From Acidobacteriota bacterium (GTDB lineage: Bacteria > Acidobacteriota > Thermoanaerobaculia > Multivoradales > UBA5704): a stretch of 64,000 bases of DNA. The number at the start of each line of letters is the position of its first letter. Position 1 is the stretch's first letter. This document shows, one piece after another, positions 19,321 through 29,544 of this stretch. The stretch spans positions 160,001 through 224,000 of the forward strand of contig JBDTZG010000003.1 in assembly GCA_040005235.1 (NCBI GenBank), in the 5' to 3' direction. The position numbers and the translations under genes are program-made. The notes beneath the pieces are model-generated. The model was given only the letters and a program-made list of their open reading frames with translations. It was not told where the DNA came from and ran no database searches.

Positions 19321-21054
19321 CTAGCCCCCCACCACGAGGCTGCGGGCGACGAAGGATGTCGTGTTGGCGACGTCGTCGCGCAGGCCGACAGCGACCTTCT
19401 GCTCGCCCGGCCGCATCAACAGGCTCAAGGTGTAGGTGTAGTACTTCTGGCCGATCTTCGGCACCTCGTCGTTGGGGATCCGGATCGGCACCACCGCCTG
19501 CTGTACCTCCGAGACTCCTCCCTGGGAGTCCTGCGCCGCGACGAACAGGCGCGCCGAAGCCTCGCTCTCGGTCTCGCGCGGGATCATGACCAGCTTACCT
19601 AGAGGAATCCGCACGTCGACCGGCACGACGAAGAAACCGTCGGAACGCCGGGTCGGGGTGCCGAAATTGATGTCCACGCCAAGCGGATTGCTCTGAAACG
19701 GGAAGCTGAGCGCGGCGAGCGTGCCGTCGTTCATCTGCGTTTCCGCGGTCTTGTCTCGATAGCCTTCGCGGTTCCTCGCGGTCAGGCCCCTCTTCTTCAG
19801 TTTGACCTTGATCTCATGATACCGGCCGTCGCCCGAATGCTGCGGCGAGTAGCCGAGTGAATAGTAGGTGCGAAAGTCGTCGGCGATCTTTTCCAGGCCG
19901 GGCAGGAAGGCGTTGGTGTTGAAGATCGTTTTGCCGCCGGTTTCGTCGGCCATCAGGCGGATCGAGCTCTGGACGTTCTGGATCTGGATCTGGTCGATGA
20001 ACACGCCCTGGCCGGGCGTCTGGTTTTCGGCCGAGATCGAGGAATAGCCGCGCAGACCCGCGGCGTCGATCGTGTAGAACGTGACGCGGTTGGCGTTGGC
20101 GGTCGAGGTCAGCTCGCGGAAGCGGCGCGAGGTGTCGTAGTCGAAGGACTCGGTGATGCCGGTCGTGTCCTTGAATTTCTCCTGTACCGCGTAATAGACG
20201 TCCTGGCCGACGATCAATTGCAGGCCGTCGCTCACATAGATCACGGCTTTCCGGCCCGGCATGCCGGCCAAACCGTTGACGATGTCGCGCAGAGCGTCGA
20301 TCGAGAAGGCGAGGTCGTTGTATTGCGATTCGGCGTAGGAGCGGGCGTAGCCGAGCGCCTCGCTCGCGCCCTGCGCGTCCTCGATCCGCTGGAGCGCGTC
20401 GCGCCGCTCGGAATCGGCGCTGGTGCCCTGAGCCGAGATCTTTTCCATCGCCACGAGCTGCGAATTGATCAGGCTGGGATCGCTGGTCAGCTGCTGACGG
20501 ACATGCACCGACCGGTCGTAGGAGACCAGCATCATCAGGTCGTCGCGCCGCAGCTTGGTGTTCAGAAACACCCGCAGATCCTTGAGCACCCGGTTGCGGT
20601 TGAACGGCCGAAGGTTGACGTTGTCGACGTAGACGATCAGCACCAGCCGCTGGTCTTCCGGATTCGGCAAGGTCGCCGAGACCTCGGGCGCCGGTGCCGG
20701 GGTTTCCCCGTTGGGCACCACCAGCAGGGGCGCGCCGGTGGTCACCGGCTTGCCTTCGTCCATCGAGAAGAAGTTGGTGATCGCCATCGGCCGGCCGTCT
20801 TCGAAGATCTGGAAATCGTCGCGGTTAAGGCCCTTCACGCGATTGCCCTTCGAATCGGTGACGTAGACGTCGACGTTGACGACGCTGACGTTCACGGTCT
20901 CGCCGATGAAACCGCCGGCCACGTCCGCCGGCTTCGATTTGTCGGCGGGCTTGGCGGCGGGCGGGGGGGCCGGTTTCGCCTGGGCTACGCCCGACCCCGC
21001 GGCGCAGAGGGTGAAGACCAACAGGGCGGCGGCGGTTTGCAAAACTCTCTTCAT
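19321..21054 (-). CDS. Acidobacterial-type VWA domain protein, secreted
   Basis: VVNVDVYVTD..GL..DDF, GRKAVIYVSDG, ETGG, YYSLGY, GRYHEIKV. Confidence 0.88.
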   Translation of the reverse strand: MKRVLQTAAALLVFTLCAAGSGVAQAKPAPPPAAKPADKSKPADVAGGFIGETVNVSVVNVDVYVTDSKGNRVKGLNRDDFQIFEDGRPMAITNFFSMDEGKPVTTGAPLLVVPNGETPAPAPEVSATLPNPEDQRLVLIVYVDNVNLRPFNRNRVLKDLRVFLNTKLRRDDLMMLVSYDRSVHVRQQLTSDPSLINSQLVAMEKISAQGTSADSERRDALQRIEDAQGASEALGYARSYAESQYNDLAFSIDALRDIVNGLAGMPGRKAVIYVSDGLQLIVGQDVYYAVQEKFKDTTGITESFDYDTSRRFRELTSTANANRVTFYTIDAAGLRGYSSISAENQTPGQGVFIDQIQIQNVQSSIRLMADETGGKTIFNTNAFLPGLEKIADDFRTYYSLGYSPQHSGDGRYHEIKVKLKKRGLTARNREGYRDKTAETQMNDGTLAALSFPFQSNPLGVDINFGTPTRRSDGFFVVPVDVRIPLGKLVMIPRETESEASARLFVAAQDSQGGVSEVQQAVVPIRIPNDEVPKIGQKYYTYTLSLLMRPGEQKVAVGLRDDVANTTSFVARSLVVGG

Positions 21055-21112
21055 CGGGTCTCTCTTCTCGATTCTCTGACGGCCAAGGGCATTATATGAG
21101 GCTTGACCGGGC

Positions 21113-22789
21113 TCATTTCGGAGGCGTGATCTCGACCTGCGCCGCGAGCAGGCGACCGCTCGCCGGATCGAAGATCGACAGCACCAGCTTTTGCCGGATC
21201 TTGCGCAGCTTGATCGTCGTGTCGTAGCGCAGGAAGCCGCCCGCCTGCGGCGCCTTGACCGTGGTGACCACCAGCGGCGTCACCGGCACGTCGGAGCGAT
21301 TGCCTTTTTCGTCCACCGCCGCGGCGCGCAGCTCCAGCTGCGCTTTGTACTTGCCGTCGATCGGCAGCATCGTGATCGCGTCGACCGGGATCGCCAGCGT
21401 CAAAGGTACGCTGATCTCCCGCTTCGCTGCGGGCTTGATCGCGCCGACCTGGACGGGCATCGATTCGCTCCCCGGCGGGTTGCCGAAGAAGAGCGCGCTT
21501 TCCACCATCAGCGAGACCTCGGTCGACTTCGAAAGGTCCTTGAAAGAGTCGCGGAAACGCACGGTGAGGCCCGACCGCACCGCCTCAACTTTGATCCGAT
21601 GCCGGATGTCATCCCCCTGGCGATTCGGGGTGAAGCCGAGCCAGTAGAACGACCGGGTATCGCTGGTCGCCTTTTCGAGCGCGTGGAGCGAGTTGCCGTT
21701 CAAGAGCGGCGTGCCGCCGGTCTGCCGGGCGATGAAATCGAGCGAGTCGTGGAGCTGGTTCTCGCGCAGGTTGAGCGCGCTGGTCGAAGGCGCCGGCCCT
21801 TCCTGGCTCGCGTCGGTGACGCTGCTTTCGAGCCCCGGGACGTCGACCGGATAGATCGTATAGCCGAGCAGGTTCGCGGTATCGGAGAGCGGCGAAAACA
21901 GCTTTTCGCCCTCCGGCACGTCGCGCTCCGAGACCGGGCGGTTCGGATCGTTGATCGCGTAATCGGCCGGCGCGTAGGGCCAGCCGCCGGAGAGCAACAG
22001 CATGACTTTCCGCCCCGGCGGCGAGGCGAAGCCGCGGAGCGTCGTCACCGCGGCCGATACCGAACGCTCGACTTGGCTCGCGAGCCCCTCCGCGTACTGC
22101 AGCTCGTCGATCTCCAGCCGGGTGTTGAGCCGGGTTTCGCGATCGCCGAAGAAACCGGTCACTTGGCGCCGCGAGGTCTCGAAGCTGCGCAGCTCGGCCA
22201 CCCGTTCGAGGCCATGGGCGCGGCGCACGAGCGCCTGGTCGAACGCGCGGGACAGGGCGTTGGCGGAGGACGACCAGGTGGAGAGCATGTCGACGCTCTT
22301 GCCGTCGAACGCCACGATCGCCATCCGATCCTGCGGCCCCAGGCGCGACAGGTTGTCCTTGAACGAGCGGATCACCTTGTCGCGCTGTGCCGCTATCGAG
22401 AAGTAGTCGTCGATGAACACCAGGTAGCTGGTGCCGACGTCGCTGCCCGGAGCGAGGCCCGCGAGGCCGGGCACCGGGGAGCTGGTGGCGGCGGAGCCTT
22501 CGGCGTCCGTCGAGGCCACCGCGATCGCCTGGCCGCCGCGCACCTCGGTGAAGTACTCGATCGGCACCACCTTGCCGTCGACCTTGAGCCGGAAGTCGCC
22601 GGTTTTCAAGTCGGGCACCCGGTTGCCCTGCTTGTCGGTGACGACGACCTCGACGTTGACCACCCGGACTTCGATCAGCTCGCCGAATACCGCCGGGCCG
22701 GCCGATTGTGCCCGCGCGGAAGCGGCAGATAGGAGAACCGCGCACGTCGCGGCAAAGGTCGGTAGGGAAACGGCAATTCGGTGGCGCAT
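21113..22789 (-). CDS. Acidobacterial-type VWA domain protein, secreted (paralog)
   Basis: VVNVEVVVTDKQG, GRKVMLLLSGG, QTGG, FYWLGF; start set at MRHRIAV. Confidence 0.86.
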   Translation of the reverse strand: MRHRIAVSLPTFAATCAVLLSAASARAQSAGPAVFGELIEVRVVNVEVVVTDKQGNRVPDLKTGDFRLKVDGKVVPIEYFTEVRGGQAIAVASTDAEGSAATSSPVPGLAGLAPGSDVGTSYLVFIDDYFSIAAQRDKVIRSFKDNLSRLGPQDRMAIVAFDGKSVDMLSTWSSSANALSRAFDQALVRRAHGLERVAELRSFETSRRQVTGFFGDRETRLNTRLEIDELQYAEGLASQVERSVSAAVTTLRGFASPPGRKVMLLLSGGWPYAPADYAINDPNRPVSERDVPEGEKLFSPLSDTANLLGYTIYPVDVPGLESSVTDASQEGPAPSTSALNLRENQLHDSLDFIARQTGGTPLLNGNSLHALEKATSDTRSFYWLGFTPNRQGDDIRHRIKVEAVRSGLTVRFRDSFKDLSKSTEVSLMVESALFFGNPPGSESMPVQVGAIKPAAKREISVPLTLAIPVDAITMLPIDGKYKAQLELRAAAVDEKGNRSDVPVTPLVVTTVKAPQAGGFLRYDTTIKLRKIRQKLVLSIFDPASGRLLAAQVEITPPK

Positions 22790-22957
22790 TCGAGAGATCC
22801 TCCGGGGAGTCTGGTCGCGGGCCATCACGGCACGAAGGAATCCCCTCCCATTCTTCCGCAAGAAGCGTACCCGCAAACCCTCGTCGGCAGACAGACCGTT
22901 CGAACCGAAGAAACGTCCCCCGCCGAGGACGCGGCTGCGGATTGTGCCCTCGCTTCC

Positions 22958-23995
22958 TCAGCGACCGGGTCGGCGCAGCAGGTGGCCGACGATCCGGCCG
23001 CCATGGTCGCGCGAGTTCTCGATGAAGATCCGATCGGTCGTCCGGCCGGCTTGAATGGTACCCGCGACGTAGAGCCCCGGCACGTTCGACTCGCAGGTCG
23101 CAGGATCGAACGCCGGCACCAGCGTCTCGGGTTCGATCGCGATTCCGGAACGGGCGAGCAGGTCCATCTCGGGGCGATAGCCGACCAGAACGTAAACGGC
23201 ATCGGCCGGCAGGAGTTGCCGCGCGGCGTCCGCCTCGGCTCCAACGCCGGCGATCTCGACGAACCCCGACCGGAACGCGCGGACCTCCGATTCGAAGTAG
23301 CCGGGGATCGACCCTTCGGCGATCCGGTTCTCAATGTCCGGCTTGAGCCAATATTTCACCCCCGGCTTGGTCGCCGCCCGGCGGTGGACGAGAGACACTT
23401 TGGCACCGTTGCGCCAGAGGTCGAGCGCCGCCTCGACCGCGGTATTGCCGCCGCCGACGATCACCACCGGCTCGCCGTAGTGCAGATAGGGCTCGAGATA
23501 TCGGGTGTGGACGTGCGGCAGGTCCTCCCCCGGGACGCCCAAGCGGAGAGGGTTGCCGAAATAGCCGGTCGCAAAGACGACCGCCCGCGCCCTGCGGATC
23601 CGCGGCTCACCGATCCGCGGCGAGGCGGCCTCGCAAACCACCCGGAAATCGCCGCCGGGCTCAAGCGCCACCTCGGACACCGATTCGTGGAGGACGAACG
23701 GAATCTTGTGGTGCTCGACCACGAAGCGGTAATAGGCGAGCGCCTGGCGCCGGGTCGGCTTGTCCTCCGGAATCGAAAACGGAACCTCGGCGATCTCCAG
23801 CCGGTCCCGGGTGGTGAAGAACTCCATGAACGTCGGGTACCCCTGGATCGCCGCGGTCAACCCGCCGCGATCGATCAGCAGCACCGAAAGCCCGGCCTTG
23901 CGCGCCTCGGCACCGATCGAAATGCCGGTCGGTCCGGCGCCGATCACCAGCAGGTCGAGAACCTCTTCCTTTCCTTCTACGGCGTCTGTGCTCAA
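22958..23995 (-). CDS. ypdA: YpdA-family putative bacillithiol disulfide reductase
   Basis: IGAGPTG, YPTFMEFF, PTRRQALAYY, KYWLKPDIENRI, IFIENSRDHG; TTG start overlapping the thiD stop. Confidence 0.85.
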   Translation of the reverse strand: MSTDAVEGKEEVLDLLVIGAGPTGISIGAEARKAGLSVLLIDRGGLTAAIQGYPTFMEFFTTRDRLEIAEVPFSIPEDKPTRRQALAYYRFVVEHHKIPFVLHESVSEVALEPGGDFRVVCEAASPRIGEPRIRRARAVVFATGYFGNPLRLGVPGEDLPHVHTRYLEPYLHYGEPVVIVGGGNTAVEAALDLWRNGAKVSLVHRRAATKPGVKYWLKPDIENRIAEGSIPGYFESEVRAFRSGFVEIAGVGAEADAARQLLPADAVYVLVGYRPEMDLLARSGIAIEPETLVPAFDPATCESNVPGLYVAGTIQAGRTTDRIFIENSRDHGGRIVGHLLRRPGR

Positions 23996-24807
23996 GCGAA
24001 ACCCTCCCCACGAGCGAAACGATAGAGATGATCGACCGGGCCGGCGCCCTGCCCCAACGGAACCGCCGCAGCAATAGCGCCACGCAAGTACTCGATCGCG
24101 CCGCCGACGGCTTCGGCCAACGCCTCGCCGCGCGCGAGCCGCGCCGCGATCGCCGAAGAGAGAGTGCAACCGGTGCCGTGCGTCGAGCGGCTGGCGATCC
24201 GGCGGTGGACGAAGCGATGAACCCCGTCCGGCGTCCAGAGCAGGTCGATCAACTCGTCCCCGTCTCCGTGCCCGCCCTTGACCAGAACCGCCGGGCCGAG
24301 CGCTCCTATTTCGGCCGCCGCGGCCAAGCGCTCCGTTTCCGTCGCCGACGGCCGGCCGGAAAGCTCTACCAGCTCCGGCAGATTCGGCGTCACGATCGTC
24401 GCGTGCGGCAGCAGCTCTTCCCGCAGGGTGGCTACCGCCTCCTCGGAGAGCAGGCGGGCGCCGCTTTTCGCGATCATCACCGGATCGAGCACGATCGGCA
24501 GACCGGGCCGTGCGTGGAACCGTAGGCGATCGGCCACCGTGCGGACCAGCTCCGGGGTGGCGAGCATGCCGATCTTCACCCCGTCGACCCCCAGGTCCTC
24601 GAACACCGCGTCGATCTGCTGCCCCACGAACTCAGCCGGGGCGCCGTGGACCGCGCGCACCTCGCGCGTGTTCTGGGCGGTGAGCACCACGATCGCGCTC
24701 ATGCCGTAGGCGCCATGGGCGGCGAAGGTCTTCAAATCCGCCTGGATTCCCGCGCCGCCGCCCGAGTCGGACCCGGCGATCGTGAGCAGGCGAGATAGGG
24801 CCGGCAT
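23992..24807 (-). CDS. thiD: Hydroxymethylpyrimidine/phosphomethylpyrimidine kinase
   Basis: TIAGSDSGGGAGIQADLKT, DPVM, TPNLPE, KGGH, THGTGCT. Confidence 0.96.
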   Translation of the reverse strand: MPALSRLLTIAGSDSGGGAGIQADLKTFAAHGAYGMSAIVVLTAQNTREVRAVHGAPAEFVGQQIDAVFEDLGVDGVKIGMLATPELVRTVADRLRFHARPGLPIVLDPVMIAKSGARLLSEEAVATLREELLPHATIVTPNLPELVELSGRPSATETERLAAAAEIGALGPAVLVKGGHGDGDELIDLLWTPDGVHRFVHRRIASRSTHGTGCTLSSAIAARLARGEALAEAVGGAIEYLRGAIAAAVPLGQGAGPVDHLYRFARGEGFA

Positions 24808-24838
24808 CGGTTCCGCGGCGCCTCCTTGGAAGAAAACC

Positions 24839-25669
24839 TTAGGCCACGCGCCGCGCTGGAGCGCCCGGAACCGAACCCGCCGCCGGCCGGCGCATCCAGA
24901 GCCCGGCGAGGACCACCAGGATGCCGAGGCTTAAGCCCTGGGCAACCGTGAGCCCGCCCAGGAACCGGTCGTCCTTGGCCCGCAGGAACTCGACGCCGAA
25001 CCGTTCGACCGCGAGCAGAGCCAGCACCACGACGGAGGTGGTGCCGGGCCGGAAACGGCGGCGCAGAACGCTCACCCCCACCCACCAGATCAACAAACCC
25101 AGGGCGGTCTCATAGAGCTGGGTCGGATGGACCGGCACCAACTGAGTATCCGGCACCGACGCCGGCACCGTGTAATGGAAAATCTCGCGCAGATTGCCCG
25201 CCGTGGTTTCCGGCAACCCATGGGGAAAGATCACCCCGAGCGGACCGTCCGTCGGCCGGCCGTAGTCGTCCCCGACCAGAAAACACCCGATCCGGCCGAT
25301 GCCATAACCGAGCGCAAGCCCCGGCATCGCCGCGTCGCACACCTGCCAAGGAGGCAGATGCCGCCGCCGCAGGGTAAAGATCACCGCCGCCGCGCCGAGG
25401 ATGAAACCGCCGTACCAGACCAGGCCCGAGCGATCGAACAGCAGATGCCAATCACCGTAGAGGATCGCGTAATAGATCTTAGAGCCCAGGATGCCGCCGA
25501 CCCCCGCCGCGAACACGAGCGCGCTCGCATCCTCGTCGTCGCCCACCCCCTGGTAGATCAGTCCCCAACGCAGCTGAAAGTAGCTGACGAGGAAGGCTAC
25601 GACCAGCATCACCCCGAACGGGCTGATCGGAATCCCGAAATAGGGAATCTTAAATAACTCCTGGATCAT
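24839..25669 (-). CDS. lgt: Prolipoprotein diacylglyceryl transferase
   Basis: GLVWYGG, GRIGCFLVGDDYG, HPTQLYE, RFGVEFLR. Confidence 0.93.
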   Translation of the reverse strand: MIQELFKIPYFGIPISPFGVMLVVAFLVSYFQLRWGLIYQGVGDDEDASALVFAAGVGGILGSKIYYAILYGDWHLLFDRSGLVWYGGFILGAAAVIFTLRRRHLPPWQVCDAAMPGLALGYGIGRIGCFLVGDDYGRPTDGPLGVIFPHGLPETTAGNLREIFHYTVPASVPDTQLVPVHPTQLYETALGLLIWWVGVSVLRRRFRPGTTSVVVLALLAVERFGVEFLRAKDDRFLGGLTVAQGLSLGILVVLAGLWMRRPAAGSVPGAPARRVA

Positions 25670-25711
25670 GCGGCAGCTCCCCGAATCGGCACATCGTACC
25701 AGGCCGGTCGT

Positions 25712-26548
25712 CTACCCGCGGCGATTCCGCTCCCGGGCTCGTTCGACGAACTCCGGATGGGCCGGCAGGGTGACCCGAAAGTAGTTTCGTTCCGCGTCGA
25801 AATCGAAAATCGGCGGAGGGGAGCCGTTCTGCGCCATCGCCCGGAAGACTTTCGGGATCCCCGTACCTCGCGCCTCCGCCAATCGAAGCTCTTTGAGCAA
25901 CTCACCGATGCGCCGGTTTCGTGCCGGGATCGGCGGCACCTTCGCGCCGGGTTCGAATTGTTTCGCTTCGATCCCGTAGACCGGACCTGGATAGCTGATG
26001 ACCTCGATCCGGTCCGGGTAGAGGTAGACCTTGGTCGGTTCCAGCATGTTCTCGTAGCTCCGATGGTAGATCGCGTTCGCGAGCGATTCCTCCAACGCGG
26101 GCACCGGAAAGCTGGCCCAGCCACGCGTCTCCGGTCGGTCGTCTACCTTCTCGATATGCTGAGTGGACAGACCTGCGAGGTAACGAAGCGCATCGCGCAG
26201 CTGGCGGTCGAGCGGGCCGCGAAAGACGTGCTCCTCGATCACGTTTCCCGCAGGACCGTCCGGAAAATCGACGACCTCAATCCGCGCACCGGGAAACCAC
26301 TCTTCCGGATCGTCGGCGAAGAACAGGAGTGAGATGTTTTTAGGTACCTCATGCCCGTTGATCGGAGCCGAGAGCTGCATCTGACGGTAGATCTCGAGAG
26401 CATCCGGCTCGTTGAGGAGGTCACTCCGGGCCGCAGAGAGGAACTCGCGAACCATCTGTGAGCGGATCTTTTCTAGCGGAACTCTCGGTGCCTCCCGCTC
26501 CTCGAATGAAATCCAAGTCCTCAGGAGACTGTCCACCGCCTTTGTCAC
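25712..26548 (-). CDS. ATP-binding (HATPase_c_4 / RecG C-terminal-like) protein, apparently N-terminally truncated
   Basis: FPVPALEESLANAIYHRSY, DRIEVISYPG, RNRRIGELLKELRLAEARGTGIP; the usual N-terminal AlbA/Schlafen domain is not evident. Confidence 0.7.
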   Translation of the reverse strand: MTKAVDSLLRTWISFEEREAPRVPLEKIRSQMVREFLSAARSDLLNEPDALEIYRQMQLSAPINGHEVPKNISLLFFADDPEEWFPGARIEVVDFPDGPAGNVIEEHVFRGPLDRQLRDALRYLAGLSTQHIEKVDDRPETRGWASFPVPALEESLANAIYHRSYENMLEPTKVYLYPDRIEVISYPGPVYGIEAKQFEPGAKVPPIPARNRRIGELLKELRLAEARGTGIPKVFRAMAQNGSPPPIFDFDAERNYFRVTLPAHPEFVERARERNRRG

Positions 26549-26587
26549 CGCATCTCAAATCTGCAGGTCCGAGCGCCCTACCGGCCC

Positions 26588-29257
26588 TCAGACCTCTTCG
26601 CCCAAAACCGCGTCGATTTCTTCGAAGTAGTTCTGCGGAACCAGGATCTCGCGCGCTTTGCTGCCTTGGGAGGAGCCGAGCAGGCCGTCGCGCTCCATCA
26701 TGTCGATTAGACGGCCGGCGCGGGAGAAGCCGACGCGCATGCGGCGCTGGAGGAAACTGGCGGAGGCCTGGCGTTCGCGGACGACCAGGCGGGCGGCCTC
26801 TTCGTACAGTGAGTCGTCGCCGTCGTCGTCCATTCCCTCGCCCCCTCCGCCGCTCGAGCTCTCGCGGTCGCGCAGGACGTCGGGGTCGAGATCGGGCTTG
26901 CCCTGCTTCTTGAGCCAGCGGATCAGGCCGGCCGTCTCTTGTTCGGAAACGTAGGCGCCGTGGAGCCGGACGATCCGCGAGCTGCCCGGCGGCATGAACA
27001 GCATGTCGCCCTTGCCCAGCAGCTTTTCCGAGCCGACCTGGTCGAGAATGGTCCGCGAGTCGTGGCGCGACGGGGTGGCGTAGGCGATGCGGCAAGGGAA
27101 GTTCGCTTTGATCGTGCCGGTGAGCACGTCGACCGACGGCCGCTGGGTGGCGACGATCAGGTGGATGCCCACGGCGCGCGCCATCTGCGCCAGGCGCGCG
27201 ATCGAGGTTTCGACGTCGGCGGAGGCGACCATCATCAGGTCGGCCAGCTCGTCGATGATCACTACGTAATACGGCAGCGGCTTTAAGTCCCCGGCGGAAA
27301 ACGCATCGCCCCCGTCGTCCGACAGGGCGAGCCGCGCGCGCACCTCCGGATCGGCGAGAGCCCGGTTGTAGAACGCGATCGAGCGGACGTGGACCTCGGC
27401 GAGCAGGCGGTAGCGGCGCTCCATTTCGGCCACCGCCCAACGAAGGGCGTTCGCCGCCTTCTTGGGTTCGACCACCACCTCGGTCTTCAAGTGCGGAATG
27501 TCGGCGTAGACGCCCAGCTCGATCCGCTTGGGGTCGATGAAGATGAACTGCACCTCGTCGCGGCGCGCCTTGTAGACGATCGATGTGATCATGCTCTGAA
27601 GGCCGACCGACTTGCCCGAGCCGGTGGCTCCGGCGACCAGCAGGTGGGGCATGGTCGCGAGGTCGGCGTAATACGGTTCGCCGTAGATGTCCGTACCGAG
27701 CGCCATGGTGAGCACCGAGGGCGACTTCTTGAACCGCTCGTCGGCAAGCAGGGTACCGAGGCGGATCACCCGGCGGTCGCGGTTCGGAATCTCGATGCCG
27801 AGCGTCGAGCGGCCGGCCATCCGATCGATGCGCACCGATTCGGCTTTCATCGCGAGCGCCAGGTCGTCTTGCAGGTTCACCACCTGGCTCACCTTGACGC
27901 CGGGCGCCGGCTGAAGCTCGAAGATGGTGATCACCGGGCCGGGGCTGATCCCCTCGATCGTTCCCTCGACGCCGAATTCGGCGCAACGGGTGCGGATCGC
28001 CTCGCCCAGCCGGATCAGCTCAGTCTCGTCGATCTGGGTTCGATGATCTTCGATCTGCAGCAGGTTGACCGGCGGGAGCTCGGAGGTCGGCGCCTCGGCC
28101 GGGAACGGAAGAGACGGCTGCGGCATCGCGGGCGTGGAGGATGCGACGCGGCGCAGCGGCATCGCGGGCGACGGGGTCATCACGGCCGCGGGGGCCTGCC
28201 GGAAGACCGGTCCGGGAGCGGCGACGCGGCCGGGCGGCGGCGCGAAGACCGGGGCGGCCGGCGGGGCCGGCGCTCGCGCCTCCGGCTCGTCCTCTTCGAA
28301 CCCGGGCTCGAATGCGGGAGGCGAATCGGGCCGGACGCGGCGGAACGAAAACGCCTGCTCGCCGCTCCGCTCGGTGACCCGCAGCGGCCGTAACGGCAAA
28401 TCGAGCCGATGATCCGGCGCGGACGGGTTGTCCGTAGGGATCGAAGCCGCCGCAACCGCCGCCGTTGCCGAAGCGGGAGCCGGCATGGCGTTGACCGCCG
28501 GACGGCGCACGGCCGGGGGTTGGGCCGGGGCTTTCTGTTGATCGGCGGCCTGCTTGCGCTCTTCGACCACCCGTTGCAGGTGTTTGGTCACCACCCGTTG
28601 GCGGGCCCGTTCCTTGCCGCGGCGCTCGCGTTTGCGCTCGCGGGCGAGCGCCCGCTCCTCCCAGCGCTTGTTCCACCGTTCGCGCCAGGAGGCGAGCAGG
28701 TTGCCGAGGGTCGACTGGACCGCGAGGGCGGCGCCGATCAATACCGCAAAGCCGAGCAGCAGCGCCGATCCGGCGAAGCTCAACCGGGCATCCAAGAAAG
28801 CGGTGAGCAGGTGACCGAACGCACCGCCCGCCTGGACCAACCCTCCGCGCGGCCAGGCGAAGTTGCCGAGCGTCAAATCGAGCAGGCCGGGAAGCGCCAC
28901 GAGCAGCAGCCCCGTGCCGACGCCGCGTCCCACCACCCGTTCCGCCACGTGCTTGCGCAGCCGGCGGAGGCCGGAAACGAGCAGTAGGCAGGGGATCGCC
29001 AGGCAGGCGATGCCGAAGAAACCGAACGCCACCGCCGCGGTATGCGCGCCGACCGGACCGATCAGATTGCGCGCCCGCCCCTCGGACGAGACCGTGCGGT
29101 GGAGCACGCTCGGATCGCGCGGATCGAAGCTCGCGAACGAGATCGCGAAAAACAGCGCGAACGCGAGAAGCACCAAGCCGAGCAGCTCCCGCCCCTTCTC
29201 TTCGGAAAGGGTCGGACGCTCGGGGCGTTCGGTCGTCTTGGCGAGGGCGACGGACAA
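26588..29257 (-). CDS. ftsK: DNA translocase FtsK
   Basis: N-terminal TMs, Pro-rich linker, AGATGSGKS, IIDELADLM, ATQRPSVDV, C-terminal gamma domain. Confidence 0.97.
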   Translation of the reverse strand: MSVALAKTTERPERPTLSEEKGRELLGLVLLAFALFFAISFASFDPRDPSVLHRTVSSEGRARNLIGPVGAHTAAVAFGFFGIACLAIPCLLLVSGLRRLRKHVAERVVGRGVGTGLLLVALPGLLDLTLGNFAWPRGGLVQAGGAFGHLLTAFLDARLSFAGSALLLGFAVLIGAALAVQSTLGNLLASWRERWNKRWEERALARERKRERRGKERARQRVVTKHLQRVVEERKQAADQQKAPAQPPAVRRPAVNAMPAPASATAAVAAASIPTDNPSAPDHRLDLPLRPLRVTERSGEQAFSFRRVRPDSPPAFEPGFEEDEPEARAPAPPAAPVFAPPPGRVAAPGPVFRQAPAAVMTPSPAMPLRRVASSTPAMPQPSLPFPAEAPTSELPPVNLLQIEDHRTQIDETELIRLGEAIRTRCAEFGVEGTIEGISPGPVITIFELQPAPGVKVSQVVNLQDDLALAMKAESVRIDRMAGRSTLGIEIPNRDRRVIRLGTLLADERFKKSPSVLTMALGTDIYGEPYYADLATMPHLLVAGATGSGKSVGLQSMITSIVYKARRDEVQFIFIDPKRIELGVYADIPHLKTEVVVEPKKAANALRWAVAEMERRYRLLAEVHVRSIAFYNRALADPEVRARLALSDDGGDAFSAGDLKPLPYYVVIIDELADLMMVASADVETSIARLAQMARAVGIHLIVATQRPSVDVLTGTIKANFPCRIAYATPSRHDSRTILDQVGSEKLLGKGDMLFMPPGSSRIVRLHGAYVSEQETAGLIRWLKKQGKPDLDPDVLRDRESSSGGGGEGMDDDGDDSLYEEAARLVVRERQASASFLQRRMRVGFSRAGRLIDMMERDGLLGSSQGSKAREILVPQNYFEEIDAVLGEEV

Positions 29258-29544
29258 GGGTTCTGAGTCTCTCGAAATTGTCTGAGCGTTTCGGTCTTAA
29301 GTGCCGACAAATTCTAGCATAGCCGGCCTTTCAAGCGCCGAAAAGCCGGGGCTGCCGGTTACCTGCCGGCTCCTTGCCTCCATCCGACACGTTTCGCTCT
29401 CGTTTCTCGCGTTTCTCTTGGGAGGCACCGGCACCCTGGTGTTCTTCGCGCGAGCGCTGTGATAGACCTTTCACCACAACGTCCCCACTTGGAAGAAGGG
29501 AGCCTCGGCGCGACGCGCGTCCCAGGCGAAGGGTGCGATCAGCT

